43,070 nt of DNA from Nitrosopumilales archaeon UBA218 (GCA_002499525.1 DAMC01000041.1:11862-54931); one strand, 5' to 3'; positions 10,133-20,747 are shown, counted from the first letter of the stretch. The notes: generated from the letters alone by a model not told the origin. A program made the numbers and translations.

Positions 10133-12061
10133 ATGGGCTTAGCTGGTATAGAACTCGCATTTTTGGTAAAAGAAATATCTGAAAGAACTGCTGGTTACTA
10201 TGTCAACAATATCTATCCGATAAATCAGAATAGTGTTCTTTTCAAGTTACATCATCCAGACAAACCAGATCTATTCTTAGTAATTTCATCTATCGGGATG
10301 TGGTTTACCGGAATTAAAATTGACGCTATTGAAGATAACAAACTGGTGAAAAGATTGCGTGATGATCTTTTACGATTAAAGATTGTCAGAATAGAGCAAA
10401 TAGGAGTAGAACGAATAGCATATCTTACATTTTCTGGATTTGATAAAGAATTTGTATTAATTTGTGAGTTTTTTGGAGATGGAAATATTATGTTATGTAA
10501 TAAAGATCTCAAAGTTCTGGCATTATTGCACTCAATTGCAGTAAGGCACCGAGAGATACGTGTTGGATCGATCTATGCTCCACCACCACAAAAAGGTCTC
10601 AACATCTTTGATATTTCATCAGAAAACTTTACAGAAATAAAATCAATCTCAACACCAATCGCAAAATGGTTTGGGAGAACGTATGGGCTGCCAACTAAAT
10701 ACGCTCAAGAAATACTGAGAATCGCCAACGTTGATTTTGATTTGGTATGTCAAAACATTACTGATCAACAGATAGAGCGGATCATTTTAGCTTCAAAGAC
10801 TCTTACAAATGACATTGTATCTGGTAATCATAATCCAGTAATTGTCAAATCCGATGATGAATTTGACGTATATCCAATCTCCTCCACCATACAAGATACT
10901 ACACAAGAACAGATCCCCAGCTTTATGGAAGGTTTAGACAAAATATTTTCCAATATTATTCTAGATAAAGGAAAGCTAGTAAAATCAGGCTCAATTGATA
11001 AGAAGATTGCCGATCTTCAATCTAAAATTGATGAACAAACTAAAGCGATTTCATTAGTTAAGGAGAAATCTGAAAAGATTTCCAGTGTAGCAAAATCTCT
11101 TTACTCTTTTTCTTCATATGGTGTATCAAGTATACTAGACTCACCAGTTGCTCAGATTCTCAAGGCAAGCAATGCTGAACTTATCAAGGATCGAGGAATT
11201 TTATTTCTTAAAATAGACGATGAGAAAATTCAGATAAATTCGGAGTCATCATTTCCAGCAATCGCTTCAACAATATTTAACGAGGCAAAAAGACAATCAT
11301 CTGCTATCGAATTAATTGAATCTCTTAAAATCAAAAATCTAAAAGAACTGGAAAAACTCAAATCTCAATCACAAGAAACTAAAAAAGCAGTTTTTTTTAC
11401 GGAATTCAAGAAAAAAGAATGGTTTGAAAGATACAGATGGTTCAACACATCTGATGGATTATTAGCCATAGGTGGCCGGGATTCATCATCAAATTCTGCA
11501 ATCATACGAAAACAGCTGACTAAAAATGATAAGGTATTTCATGCGGAGATTTTTGGTTCCCCGTTCTTTATTCTAAAAGATGTACCTGATTCTTTACCAT
11601 TTGATTCCTTAAATGAAGTTGCTCAGGCTACTGTATGCTTTAGTCGAGCTTGGAGAGAAGCAATGTATGGCATGAGTGCATATTGGATTAATCCTGAGCA
11701 AGTAAAAAAAGCAGCCCCTAGCGGACAATTTCTTTCAAGGGGCTCTTTTGTTTTAGAAGGGCATAAAAATTTCATCAAAGCACCTAATCTCAGATTAGCA
11801 GTAGGGGTACAATATCACGATGAGCGATATATCCTTACATGTGGTCCTCCAGAACCAATAAAGAAGAATTGTATTTGTTATGCAATTATTGAGCCAGGCT
11901 TGGATGAAATGACGGATTGTGCAAAAAGAGTGAGAACGGAATTCATAAAGCTTCAAGAAGATATTGCAAAACAGTTTGATATTGACGATTATGTTAGAGT
12001 ATTACCAGCAGGTGAAAGTCACATAGTAGAATCGGGCAATACCAAAGTTGAACCCGCCTAA
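10133..12061 (+). CDS. rqcH: Ribosome quality control protein Rqc2/RqcH (NEMF, NFACT family)
   Basis: NFACT-N (EQIGVERI, EFFGDGNIML), coiled coil, and NFACT-R (WFERYRWF...IGGRDSSSN...FHAEIFGSP...FSRAW). Confidence 0.9.
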   Translation: MGLAGIELAFLVKEISERTAGYYVNNIYPINQNSVLFKLHHPDKPDLFLVISSIGMWFTGIKIDAIEDNKLVKRLRDDLLRLKIVRIEQIGVERIAYLTFSGFDKEFVLICEFFGDGNIMLCNKDLKVLALLHSIAVRHREIRVGSIYAPPPQKGLNIFDISSENFTEIKSISTPIAKWFGRTYGLPTKYAQEILRIANVDFDLVCQNITDQQIERIILASKTLTNDIVSGNHNPVIVKSDDEFDVYPISSTIQDTTQEQIPSFMEGLDKIFSNIILDKGKLVKSGSIDKKIADLQSKIDEQTKAISLVKEKSEKISSVAKSLYSFSSYGVSSILDSPVAQILKASNAELIKDRGILFLKIDDEKIQINSESSFPAIASTIFNEAKRQSSAIELIESLKIKNLKELEKLKSQSQETKKAVFFTEFKKKEWFERYRWFNTSDGLLAIGGRDSSSNSAIIRKQLTKNDKVFHAEIFGSPFFILKDVPDSLPFDSLNEVAQATVCFSRAWREAMYGMSAYWINPEQVKKAAPSGQFLSRGSFVLEGHKNFIKAPNLRLAVGVQYHDERYILTCGPPEPIKKNCICYAIIEPGLDEMTDCAKRVRTEFIKLQEDIAKQFDIDDYVRVLPAGESHIVESGNTKVEPA

Positions 12062-12521
12062 ATTTTTTGTTGACTCGATGTTGGGCACTTTGGCAAAAAA
12101 ACTTCGAATGTTTGGCTTTGATTGTAAATATGAATCAGCGATTGATGATGACAGTTTAGTCTTGATTGCAAAAAAACAAGATAGAATTGTCGTAACAAAG
12201 GATTTGAAATTAGTAATAAATTGCCTGCAACATGATATAAAGACAATAAAGATACAAAACAATACTGATAAAGAACAATTAATCGAAATTGCACATCAGA
12301 TAAACTATAACAAATTTCAACTCACATATTCAAGATGTTCGTTGTGTAATGGACTGCTGGAAGAAATTGCAAAAAATACTATATTGGGAAAAATTCCTCA
12401 ACGCATATTAGAATCAAAAGAAAAGTTTTGGAAATGTAAAGAGTGCAATCATGTTTATTGGATGGGAACTCATATTAGTAATATTGAAAAATTTGTTACT
12501 GATTTAAATGGAAATATCTGA
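12048..12521 (+). CDS. Mut7-C RNase domain (PIN fold) protein with Zn ribbon
   Basis: FFVDSMLGTLAKKLRMFGFD, RIVVTKD, SRCSLCNG and CKECNHVYWMGTH. Confidence 0.9.
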   Translation: MNPPKFFVDSMLGTLAKKLRMFGFDCKYESAIDDDSLVLIAKKQDRIVVTKDLKLVINCLQHDIKTIKIQNNTDKEQLIEIAHQINYNKFQLTYSRCSLCNGLLEEIAKNTILGKIPQRILESKEKFWKCKECNHVYWMGTHISNIEKFVTDLNGNI

Positions 12522-13122
12522 TATCTCAGACGAAGATGGGCAATTACTAGTATCTACTGCAAGAAAAATTGTTACAGAGTTTGTTTGCTCTAAACAAAGG
12601 ATCAAACTTGGCAAAGATGTCGAAATGAAATTATCTTTTGATGCAGGATTATTTGTGACATTGAATCATAATGACGAATTAAGAGGATGCATTGGTTTTC
12701 CATTACCAAGTAAGATTATACGTGCATTACCAGATGCAGCTATTGCAGCAGCCACTGAAGATCCAAGATTTTTGCCGGTTAAAACATCAGAGCTTGACCA
12801 TATCACTTTTGAAGTTACATTGCTTACCCCACCAAAGGAAATAAGAGTAGAAGATCCTATTTGTCTTCCAAAAAAAATCAAGGTTGGTCGTGATGGTTTG
12901 ATCATAAAACAGGGACAATATTCTGGCTTACTCTTACCTCAGGTCCCAGTAGAATATCGGTGGAATGAAAAAGAATTCTTGGACCACACTTGTGAGAAGG
13001 CTGGACTGCCTGCAGGTTGTTGGATGCAAAAACATACGAAAGTGTTCTCATTTGAAGGCATAATATTCAGAGAACAAAAGCCCAATGGAGTAATTGTTCG
13101 AGAAAAATTAGAGCTTACCTGA
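12508..13122 (+). CDS. AMMECR1 domain protein
   Basis: GLFVTL...LRGCIG, AATEDPRF, GRDGL, GLLLPQV and CEKAGL. Confidence 0.93.
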   Translation: MEISDISDEDGQLLVSTARKIVTEFVCSKQRIKLGKDVEMKLSFDAGLFVTLNHNDELRGCIGFPLPSKIIRALPDAAIAAATEDPRFLPVKTSELDHITFEVTLLTPPKEIRVEDPICLPKKIKVGRDGLIIKQGQYSGLLLPQVPVEYRWNEKEFLDHTCEKAGLPAGCWMQKHTKVFSFEGIIFREQKPNGVIVREKLELT

Positions 13123-13482
13123 ATATGTGTCTAGTATCAGATTTTCGCCATTATGTAATTTTTCATATTCTTGATCTGTAGCAATTACAAGCGGTATGTT
13201 TGCTAGTGCGCAACCAGAAGCAACTGTTAGATCCACTTTTTTACAGATCATTGCGTTTGGTGCAGAATTGTTTGTTTTAATAGAATAAATGGTATATGCG
13301 CCAACACTACTTCCAACTCCATTAGGGAAAACCAGAATCTTATCTTTTAATGGAATGTCATACAAATCGTGTTTTGAATCATGTATTTTGCCGGTTTTTT
13401 TATCAACGGTGCCAAGAAAATTAATCGGATTAGATGTTTTGAGAATTTTGCCACTGGCTTTTCCTGCCACTATGACTTTCAT
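13108..13482 (-). CDS. Aconitase X swiveling subunit (DUF126); probable phosphomevalonate dehydratase small subunit
   Basis: INFLGTVD...G, LVFPNGVGSSVG and VASGCALANIP; coupled to the DUF521 gene. Confidence 0.9.
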   Translation of the reverse strand: MKVIVAGKASGKILKTSNPINFLGTVDKKTGKIHDSKHDLYDIPLKDKILVFPNGVGSSVGAYTIYSIKTNNSAPNAMICKKVDLTVASGCALANIPLVIATDQEYEKLHNGENLILDTYSGKL

Positions 13483-14633
13483 CTGGTTTCTTCCGCAATG
13501 ATTCTTGCAAGTGATTTTAAATTAACTCCAACTCCATTGGAGTTATTTAGGTAATAGGCGCCCTTGATACTATTAGTGGTGACAGAATCTATCTCATTTT
13601 TATCAACAAGTGGAGTTAGACACGTACAGCAATCAGAAAGAATCTCACATCCTGCTCGTTCTAGTTCATTAGTGTATCCTAGATTCCTTGCCTGCTCTTT
13701 TACTGAGCGTGGGCAGAAAACCATACATCTCTTGGAAAATTCTTTTCCTTTAAGTAGCCAAGACAAATCTGCTATTTCTTTGAGGCCTAATTGTGGGCTG
13801 CCCAGCGTAATGATATCACCTTTTTCTGCGGTGTTTAATTCATCATAGACTTTTTGCATTTCTTTTTTATCAAAATCAATCTTTTCTGAATTAGGAGTCG
13901 ATTCGCCCAAGACAAACTTGCCACACCGTCCAGAGGTTCCCATCCCACCGCACAAAGCTTTGCATTGACGTCTGTCGATGTCTGAAACACCAGATATTTG
14001 GACTGCATTATCACCCACCTTGCCTGCAAAGTATCCTAACATACCAAAGACTAACTCGTCAGGCTGTTCAACTTTCATTTGTATTGTAATATTTGGAGTA
14101 TCATCGATTCTGAGATCAGAGTATGGACTTTTTCCGGTTAGGGCGCTGGCTAGAGCAGAAAACGCACTTTCCTTGTTAGTCTTAAGGTGTCCAATAGAAT
14201 TTGCATAAATTGCAGCGTTACTTTCTGCAAATGATACTTGTGTTCCTTTCTCAGGCAGATCAAATATCTCATAGGGAATACAGGAAAATGAAGGGATTAC
14301 GCCCATTTTTTTGTAAGAATCGGCGATACTTTTTTGTTTTGTAATAAATTCACTAGATAGATTATACTTGGATACAGAGTCAAAATCAAATCCCATGGGA
14401 TTAACTGTTGTCATTACTTTCACTTTAGCATCTTGAGAAAGTTTTGCCAGAAATTCCTCACCTGCGTCTCCAATTGTATTATAATTGACGCCGGAGAGAT
14501 GCGCCCATTTAATCGGGATTAGTTTTTGGGCATTTGTTGCCTCTCCAGTAGCAACTAGAATTCTGTATGCAGTCTCTAATGTTTCACCATATTCACCTTT
14601 GAGTGCAAGCTCCTCTTCTCGTGTAAGCTCCAT
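13479..14633 (-). CDS. Aconitase X catalytic subunit (DUF521); probable phosphomevalonate dehydratase large subunit
   Basis: MELTREEE, AHLSGVNY, FSCIPY, ESNAAIYANS, DCCTCLTP and TNSIKGAYY. Confidence 0.9.
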   Translation of the reverse strand: MELTREEELALKGEYGETLETAYRILVATGEATNAQKLIPIKWAHLSGVNYNTIGDAGEEFLAKLSQDAKVKVMTTVNPMGFDFDSVSKYNLSSEFITKQKSIADSYKKMGVIPSFSCIPYEIFDLPEKGTQVSFAESNAAIYANSIGHLKTNKESAFSALASALTGKSPYSDLRIDDTPNITIQMKVEQPDELVFGMLGYFAGKVGDNAVQISGVSDIDRRQCKALCGGMGTSGRCGKFVLGESTPNSEKIDFDKKEMQKVYDELNTAEKGDIITLGSPQLGLKEIADLSWLLKGKEFSKRCMVFCPRSVKEQARNLGYTNELERAGCEILSDCCTCLTPLVDKNEIDSVTTNSIKGAYYLNNSNGVGVNLKSLARIIAEETR

Positions 14634-14703
14634 ATTTTGGAATGATATTTTGGTTGTATAATACTTGTTGCAAGTTTATTATCAGATTTGAATAAAAAAA
14701 ATC

Positions 14704-15357
14704 GTGAAGAAGATTATCAATGGAATGATTGATACGATGAATTCTGTTCAACCACCAAGAATGACTGCATTAAGAGAATTACGTGAATCAGAACAAGGAG
14801 ATCCGTTTGCAATACTGATAGGGACAATTCTTTCTGCTAGAACTAAGGATGAAAATACTGCCAAAGTAGTAAAATCATTGTTTACACGTTACAAAAATGC
14901 AAAGGAATTGAGTTTAGCAAAAATTAAGGATGTTGAAAAAATAATTCATTCCATTGGATTCTATCATGTGAAAGCAAAGAGAATTATCGACGTCGCAAAA
15001 ATAATTCACTCTCAATATGGTGGTCAAGTACCACAAAACATGGATTCATTGATTAATTTGCCAGGAGTAGGTCGAAAGACAGCAAATTGTGTATTAGTAT
15101 ATGCTTTTGACCAACCAGCTATTCCAGTAGATATTCATGTACATAGAATATCAAACAGACTTGGTCTGGTAGAAACAAAAACACCAGAACAAACTGAGGA
15201 AGTTTTGATGCAGAAGATCCCTAAAAAATTCTGGCTTCAAATCAATGACACATTTGTTATGTATGGTCAGAACATCTGCAAGCCTATATCACCTATGTGT
15301 GAGGTTTGTAAAATAAAGAAACTGTGTAGATATTATTCTATGAGGAACGGCGTTTAG
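14704..15357 (+). CDS. nth: Endonuclease III (HhH-GPD glycosylase/lyase, 4Fe-4S)
   Basis: ILSARTKD, LPGVGRKTAN, VDIHVHRI and C-x6-C-x2-C-x5-C. Confidence 0.93.
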   Translation: MKKIINGMIDTMNSVQPPRMTALRELRESEQGDPFAILIGTILSARTKDENTAKVVKSLFTRYKNAKELSLAKIKDVEKIIHSIGFYHVKAKRIIDVAKIIHSQYGGQVPQNMDSLINLPGVGRKTANCVLVYAFDQPAIPVDIHVHRISNRLGLVETKTPEQTEEVLMQKIPKKFWLQINDTFVMYGQNICKPISPMCEVCKIKKLCRYYSMRNGV

Positions 15358-16012
15358 TTAACAGTAACGCCAAAATCAGTGCACCTACTCCTCCTGCTAC
15401 AAAAAATGGATAATAGTGGAGTGGATTTTGTGATATATCCCCGGATAAAATCTCAATTGTAAAAGTGCCTGAATTAATTGCTGGGGGATCATTTGGGTTT
15501 TCCATCCCATAAACGCCGTAACTACCTACTACAAAGTCACTGAGTCCGAGATTGGTGACAACTATTCTTTTACCGTTACCCACTGAGAGACCTGCTGCGT
15601 CCCCGTATGCCATTATTATTTTGGAATTTTCGTACCACCCTTCTTTATCAACTCTGGTTGCAGGAAAATACCCACTATCTGGAAGATTTACAGCAATCCA
15701 TAGTTTATGATCAGGTTGGCTACCCATTCCAATTTCAACAAATTTGTTCTTTACATTAGCATCATAAAGTCTAACGATAGCATTTCCGTTCGGATTAGAA
15801 TAAAGCAATTTGTTTTCTATTGTTATTTGCCAAGAACCAGAATGACTTTTTGAAAAAGGTATGACGGTGATATTATTTTTTATTTTATTAAAATCATTAG
15901 CCGGAACATTAACTGATTGTAACACTAATGACGGGTTCGAAAACTTTTGCTCGGCATTAACAGGAATGACTGTCAGTGCAACTAACAATACTAAAATAAT
16001 TTTTAGGTTCAT
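15338..16012 (-). CDS. Hypothetical exported, C-terminally membrane-anchored protein
   Basis: N-terminal signal peptide, beta-rich middle, C-terminal TM helix followed by KRRSS; overlaps the sat stop codon. Confidence 0.75.
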   Translation of the reverse strand: MNLKIILVLLVALTVIPVNAEQKFSNPSLVLQSVNVPANDFNKIKNNITVIPFSKSHSGSWQITIENKLLYSNPNGNAIVRLYDANVKNKFVEIGMGSQPDHKLWIAVNLPDSGYFPATRVDKEGWYENSKIIMAYGDAAGLSVGNGKRIVVTNLGLSDFVVGSYGVYGMENPNDPPAINSGTFTIEILSGDISQNPLHYYPFFVAGGVGALILALLLTKRRSS

Positions 16013-17139
16013 TCTACAAACGGCTTTTTGAATGACTGAATTACCTTAACTACTTCAGGTCTCATGATAAATTCAGATGGAGATTTTCCCTCATCAATTA
16101 TTTGCCTGAGCTTAGTTCCGCTAATTTGTTCATGGAAATCTGGTGAGTGAGGACAGGCACGCTCATTTGTAAATGCGAGGCATTTTTTACAATAGTAAAA
16201 TGCTGGAAAAAACAAAGGCTTGATATCCAAATCGGGATAGTCCGAAAAGATATCTTGTGCTGCAAATGGTGAGTAGTATTTTCCAACTCCGGCATGGTCA
16301 CGTCCTATTATGATGTTGGTACATCCATAGTTTTGTCTCATTATAGCGTGATGGATTGCCTCCTTAGGTCCTGCATATCTCATTTCAGTATGAAGTGTAG
16401 CTAAAGTGCATCTATTATTTGGATAATAATTCGAAATCATGGCAAGATATGATTCTAGTATAACTTGGTCAATAAAATCACCGGATTTTTTCTTGCCAAT
16501 AAGTGGGTTAACAAATACTCCATCACAGCTGAGAAATGATTCTTTTTGCAACATTTCGTGAGCTACGTGTGGGGGATTTCTTGTCTGAAATGCAGCTATT
16601 GTTTTCCATCCAGCATCGGAAAAGGCTTTTCTTGTATCATTTGGAGTTAGTCTGTATTTACGGATAGGATCTGCATCCGGACGTTTAATGTAATCTATCT
16701 TACCACCAAGAAGATAATCATTCATTGACATTGTCTTTGCTACACCAGGGTGATTGATGTCAGTGGTTCCATACACTGCTTGAGAGGTTTTTGTTTTATC
16801 AAATGTATACGAGTCTTCAACATGTAAAATGGCAAATACTCCATGAGTTGTTTGTAATGCGATATCTTTGAAGTCTTTTGCCTTTTGCGCGGAATCTTTA
16901 TCCACGTCAAGAACTATTGGAACTGTCCAAGCAAGATCATTACTTAATCTTCCCTTCGTAATTACGCTATCAAAATCTGGTTTTGAGAGAAACCCTTCCA
17001 GAGGACTAAAAATTCCATCTGCAATATTTTCCACGTCGTTAGCAAGGTCCTCACTAACAGAAACAGAAAACATTCCGTTTGTATTCTTTTGTGTGATGCG
17101 ATTTACTAGCTTTCCTCCATGAGGTTTGATTGCGTCCAT
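16009..17139 (-). CDS. sat: Sulfate adenylyltransferase
   Basis: [44 protein letters not shown] and ISGTKLR. Start set at ATG 17139, just after the cysH stop. Confidence 0.96.
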   Translation of the reverse strand: MDAIKPHGGKLVNRITQKNTNGMFSVSVSEDLANDVENIADGIFSPLEGFLSKPDFDSVITKGRLSNDLAWTVPIVLDVDKDSAQKAKDFKDIALQTTHGVFAILHVEDSYTFDKTKTSQAVYGTTDINHPGVAKTMSMNDYLLGGKIDYIKRPDADPIRKYRLTPNDTRKAFSDAGWKTIAAFQTRNPPHVAHEMLQKESFLSCDGVFVNPLIGKKKSGDFIDQVILESYLAMISNYYPNNRCTLATLHTEMRYAGPKEAIHHAIMRQNYGCTNIIIGRDHAGVGKYYSPFAAQDIFSDYPDLDIKPLFFPAFYYCKKCLAFTNERACPHSPDFHEQISGTKLRQIIDEGKSPSEFIMRPEVVKVIQSFKKPFVE

Positions 17140-17141
17140 GT

Positions 17142-17849
17142 CTAATGCTTCATGTGTAGGCCACACTCTTTATGTGTATCAGATTCCCACCACCATCTTC
17201 CCGCACGGAGATTCTCCCCTGGTTTGATAGCACGGGTACATGGTTCACACCCAATGCTGGTAAAGCCTTTGTCCAAGAGTTTGTTGTATGGCAAATTTCT
17301 CTCCTTGATATATGATATTACTTGTTCCCATGTCCAATCAATTATTGGATTAATCTTTACTATTCCACCATGCAGATGATCCAGCTCCACCATGGAAGCC
17401 TGAGATCTATTTTCATTTTGGTCTCTTCTGAGGCCGGTAACCCATGCATCAAGTGTAGATAGAATTTTGTTTAGTGGTCGAACTTTGCGAATCTCGCAAC
17501 ATAGTTTCCTATTGTCTACAGAATCATAGAATAGGTTTATTCCCTTTGTTCTGACCATTTCTTCAACAGCTACAGTTTCAGGAAACATTACTTCAAAATT
17601 GATATTGTATTTTTTTGCTATAGCGTCCATAACATCATAGGTTTCTTGGTTTAATCTTCCAGTATCTAATGTAAAGAATCTGGCCTTTGGATTGACCTTA
17701 ATTATCATGTCAGTAACTACACTGTCTTCAGGCCCAAAACTCGATGCTTTTGCAATTTTATTTCCGAAAGTATCATAAGCCCATTTAAGAGCATCTTCTG
17801 GAGTTTTGAGTTTGGAATTTACCTCGTCGATTTGTTCTTGTGTATACAA
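17142..17849 (-). CDS. cysH: APS/PAPS reductase (4Fe-4S APS-reductase type)
   Basis: [41 protein letters not shown] and ECGLH. Confidence 0.95.
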   Translation of the reverse strand: MYTQEQIDEVNSKLKTPEDALKWAYDTFGNKIAKASSFGPEDSVVTDMIIKVNPKARFFTLDTGRLNQETYDVMDAIAKKYNINFEVMFPETVAVEEMVRTKGINLFYDSVDNRKLCCEIRKVRPLNKILSTLDAWVTGLRRDQNENRSQASMVELDHLHGGIVKINPIIDWTWEQVISYIKERNLPYNKLLDKGFTSIGCEPCTRAIKPGENLRAGRWWWESDTHKECGLHMKH

Positions 17850-17932
17850 CTATAGTTATTCAATAAAATTTGTCATATAATTATTTGGAGAAAGTCAGGA
17901 GAATTATAAGCCGGTTTTTAGCATGAAAAAAA

Positions 17933-19054
17933 ATGAATGAATCTGCGTCCGTAGTTGTATTCCCAGCAATTTTTGCAAAAAATAAAAAAACTCTTTTGAT
18001 AAGCAATATTAAAAAAATTTTGAAAATCCATAATCAGCAATTTGGTAAGATTCGAATGGATGATGATGTCATAACAATCGAAGCTAATGATCCCGTTTTT
18101 GCTTCAGCGTCAATAAATAACCTCTATGGAATCGAACAGGTGTCGATTGCCAGATGTGTTGAAAATAAGTTCAACGATGTTGTTTCTACAATAGCAAAAA
18201 TTGGTACAAATCTTTTACTGCGTGGGGAAATTTTCAAAGTCAAAGTTGACGGTCATTCTTTTGGTTATCTACCAAAGGATGTTGAAATTGCAGCTACTGG
18301 AACACTGATAGAGAAAGTCATTGATCTGGAATGCAGGCCTGGAAGTGATATGAAATATGATAAACTAATTCATTGTCATTTGACTAGAAAAAATGCATAC
18401 ATTTCGATATTTCTTGAGAAGGGACATGGTGGAGTCCCCTACAATTCGCAGGGTGAGAAAATGCTTTGCTGCATATATGATGAATTATCAGCTATTTCAT
18501 GCCTTGAGACAATAAAGCAAGGATTTGATGTACGAATCTTGATTTGTTATAACACTAACGCAAATTTGATGGAGTTAGTTAAGATTACAAATAGAATATT
18601 GCCAAGACTTGTACAAACAGATATCATATTAGATTTCTGTAAAGTGACAATAAAACATAATACTGGAAAATCGATGCAACAAAAAACCCTTTTACTAACT
18701 GCCATTTTGTCTGAAATTGCAAGAAAATGTAAAATTCAGAGAATTAGTTTATCATTATCTCCTATAATTTTCCCAATTTGGTTAATTGAACAAAATTTGA
18801 ACATGATATCAAAAAATAATTTGAAACCTTGGATAGCACTTGCAGGAATCGATTCTGCATTGCTAGATACTGCTAGAGATATTGGGTTAGGTAAGTATCT
18901 CTCCAGATTAGAAAAATATGGCCTACTCAAATTCTCACAAAAAAAGCAAGACTTATCAAAAATGGTTCAAAATGCAATTGAATCTCATAAAAGCATTACA
19001 ATCAAGATTGGTCAGAACAACGTTCATGATATTTTGGATTTGTTGAATCAATGA
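17933..19054 (+). CDS. THUMP-domain ThiI-like protein with degenerate PP-loop
   Basis: N-terminal ferredoxin-like plus THUMP region (FKVKVD...), then GHGGVP as in ThiI. The SGGxDS loop reads CIYDELS. Confidence 0.7.
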   Translation: MNESASVVVFPAIFAKNKKTLLISNIKKILKIHNQQFGKIRMDDDVITIEANDPVFASASINNLYGIEQVSIARCVENKFNDVVSTIAKIGTNLLLRGEIFKVKVDGHSFGYLPKDVEIAATGTLIEKVIDLECRPGSDMKYDKLIHCHLTRKNAYISIFLEKGHGGVPYNSQGEKMLCCIYDELSAISCLETIKQGFDVRILICYNTNANLMELVKITNRILPRLVQTDIILDFCKVTIKHNTGKSMQQKTLLLTAILSEIARKCKIQRISLSLSPIIFPIWLIEQNLNMISKNNLKPWIALAGIDSALLDTARDIGLGKYLSRLEKYGLLKFSQKKQDLSKMVQNAIESHKSITIKIGQNNVHDILDLLNQ

Positions 19055-19085
19055 AAATTTATTGTTGATTTTTTGACAGTTTTTA

Positions 19086-20303
19086 ATGAAAAAAATAGGG
19101 CAGTTCATCTATTCTTGGGGAAACGGACACTATACTCGAATGATGTCATTAAATGAGGAACTTCCAAATTTTATCAAAGAATATGAAACTCATTATGCAA
19201 GTAAGGATGAAATTTATCAAAAACTTGTAGCTAGATTTCCTAAACAGATTGTCCACATGGCAAACGCTCCGACCCCTATTGATGGTAAGTACGGCCCAGA
19301 TGTATTATTATCAATGCTTAATGCATTCATACCAATACGCGGGCAGAAACCACTGATAAGTCAAGTTGTAAATTATCTAAGAGAAGAGAGAAGATTATTT
19401 GATTCGCAGAAATTTGATCTGGTCATAAATGATGGCGATATGGGACCAAATATTTTAGCAAAAAATAGAAACATACCGTCGATATTTGTTACAAACCAAT
19501 TCAAGCCCAGACTGTGGAAATCCAGATTTTATTTTTATCCAGGTGTATTGTTCATTGCTAAACAAATTGCTAAAGCGACTAAAATTGTTGTTGCAGACTC
19601 ACCTCCACCATACACAATATGTGAATACAATCTGAATTTTCCTGAGGATATTAAACACAAAGTGTTCTATGCTGGACATTTTGCATCAGGAAAAAAGAAA
19701 AGAAATTCAATAAAATCCAATTTAGAGAAACTCATTGACGGTCATAGGTTTGGCTATTGGATGAGAACTGGAAATAAGTCAACTAATGATATTACGGGGA
19801 AAAAATATGAGGAGTCTTTTTCTCAAATTAAAAGTGAGAAGCGAATTATATCTCATGCAAGAAATGATCCTACTATCGATGTCGTAAAAGATGAAAAAGG
19901 CAATACATACTCTATTTCAGATGCATTAGACAAACGAATAGACTGGATCCAAATCGATGTGGGTTTTTTGTCAGAATCTGAAAAGGAGACTGTTCTAGAA
20001 AGTTGTGATTACACTGTCATCAATGGTTCACATACAGTGATGGGAGAGATAATCGGTATTCATGGTAAACCAATTATTGGAATTCCAGTATATGATGAAC
20101 AAACAAATCAGATCCAGTGGGCAGAAGAACATAAACTTGGAATTTTGGCAAATAACTCAAAGCAATTAGTGTCCGCCATATTGAATCTAAAGCAAAATTA
20201 TGAGACATTTACGCAGGCAGTTTCAGAATATCAAAAAAACTTTGTTTCAGATGGAGCCAGAAATACTGCCAGATTAGCTGCAGAGATGTTAGAATCAAGA
20301 TAA
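19086..20303 (+). CDS. GT-B fold glycosyltransferase (GT28/MurG-like)
   Basis: N-terminal WGNGHYTR, DLVIND, and C-terminal NGSHTVMGE...GKPIIGIP...DEQ. Confidence 0.8.
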   Translation: MKKIGQFIYSWGNGHYTRMMSLNEELPNFIKEYETHYASKDEIYQKLVARFPKQIVHMANAPTPIDGKYGPDVLLSMLNAFIPIRGQKPLISQVVNYLREERRLFDSQKFDLVINDGDMGPNILAKNRNIPSIFVTNQFKPRLWKSRFYFYPGVLFIAKQIAKATKIVVADSPPPYTICEYNLNFPEDIKHKVFYAGHFASGKKKRNSIKSNLEKLIDGHRFGYWMRTGNKSTNDITGKKYEESFSQIKSEKRIISHARNDPTIDVVKDEKGNTYSISDALDKRIDWIQIDVGFLSESEKETVLESCDYTVINGSHTVMGEIIGIHGKPIIGIPVYDEQTNQIQWAEEHKLGILANNSKQLVSAILNLKQNYETFTQAVSEYQKNFVSDGARNTARLAAEMLESR

Positions 20304-20335
20304 GAGATAATAGCTTTTTTTAGTACAGTAAAAAC

Positions 20336-20404
20336 GTCTGGTACGCGGTATTTCGATGGGCGAAGTGACCGAAAGGGATGATGATATTAATCCGCGTACC
20401 AGAT
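20336..20404. ncRNA. Candidate structured small RNA (12-bp closing stem, GAAA tetraloop, C-box-like motif)
   Basis: TCTGGTACGCGG (20337-20348) is the exact reverse complement of CCGCGTACCAGA (20392-20403). The interior contains GTGA-CC-GAAA-GG-G-ATGATGA. GC-rich in an AT-rich intergenic space. Confidence 0.4.
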
Positions 20405-20456
20405 TATACTTTGTTTAGTGGGAACGCTTTTATGGAAAAATTCTTAGGCAAATTCA

Positions 20457-20747
20457 TTGGTAAATTGCCCAGAATGTGTTGCAAGAGAACGTAAAGCAAT
20501 AATTGAGCGAGAGGCTGAAAGTGGAAGCCCAGAAGGAATACAAAAACTCCTAGAGCAGATCGATATGCCAATGGAGCCTGATGTGAAGAGAAAATCATAC
20601 TATATCTGCAAACGGTGTGGTTTGTATGCAACAAGAGAACAAGTAAGCGATATTCGTGAAAGAGTAAATCGAAGAGATCCTACACGAGAAGACAAACACT
20701 TCGATTATCTTGATTGGTGGCAAAAAAGTAAAAAAGACAAAGCATAG
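20457..20747 (+). CDS. Hypothetical Zn-ribbon-like protein
   Basis: CPEC at the N terminus and CKRC in the middle; C-terminal DYLDWW. Confidence 0.75.
   Translation: MVNCPECVARERKAIIEREAESGSPEGIQKLLEQIDMPMEPDVKRKSYYICKRCGLYATREQVSDIRERVNRRDPTREDKHFDYLDWWQKSKKDKA

Noticed and set aside
16115-16123. Single reverse half-site GTTCCGCTA of the repeat inside sat
   Set aside because: Only 9 bp, isolated, and explained by the conserved ISGTK coding motif.
20350-20390. Fluoride (crcB) riboswitch or hammerhead resemblance (CGATGG...TGATGA, GAAA)
   Set aside because: The required pseudoknot pairing and the CUGAUGA/GAAA order are missing, and there is no fluoride-related downstream gene.
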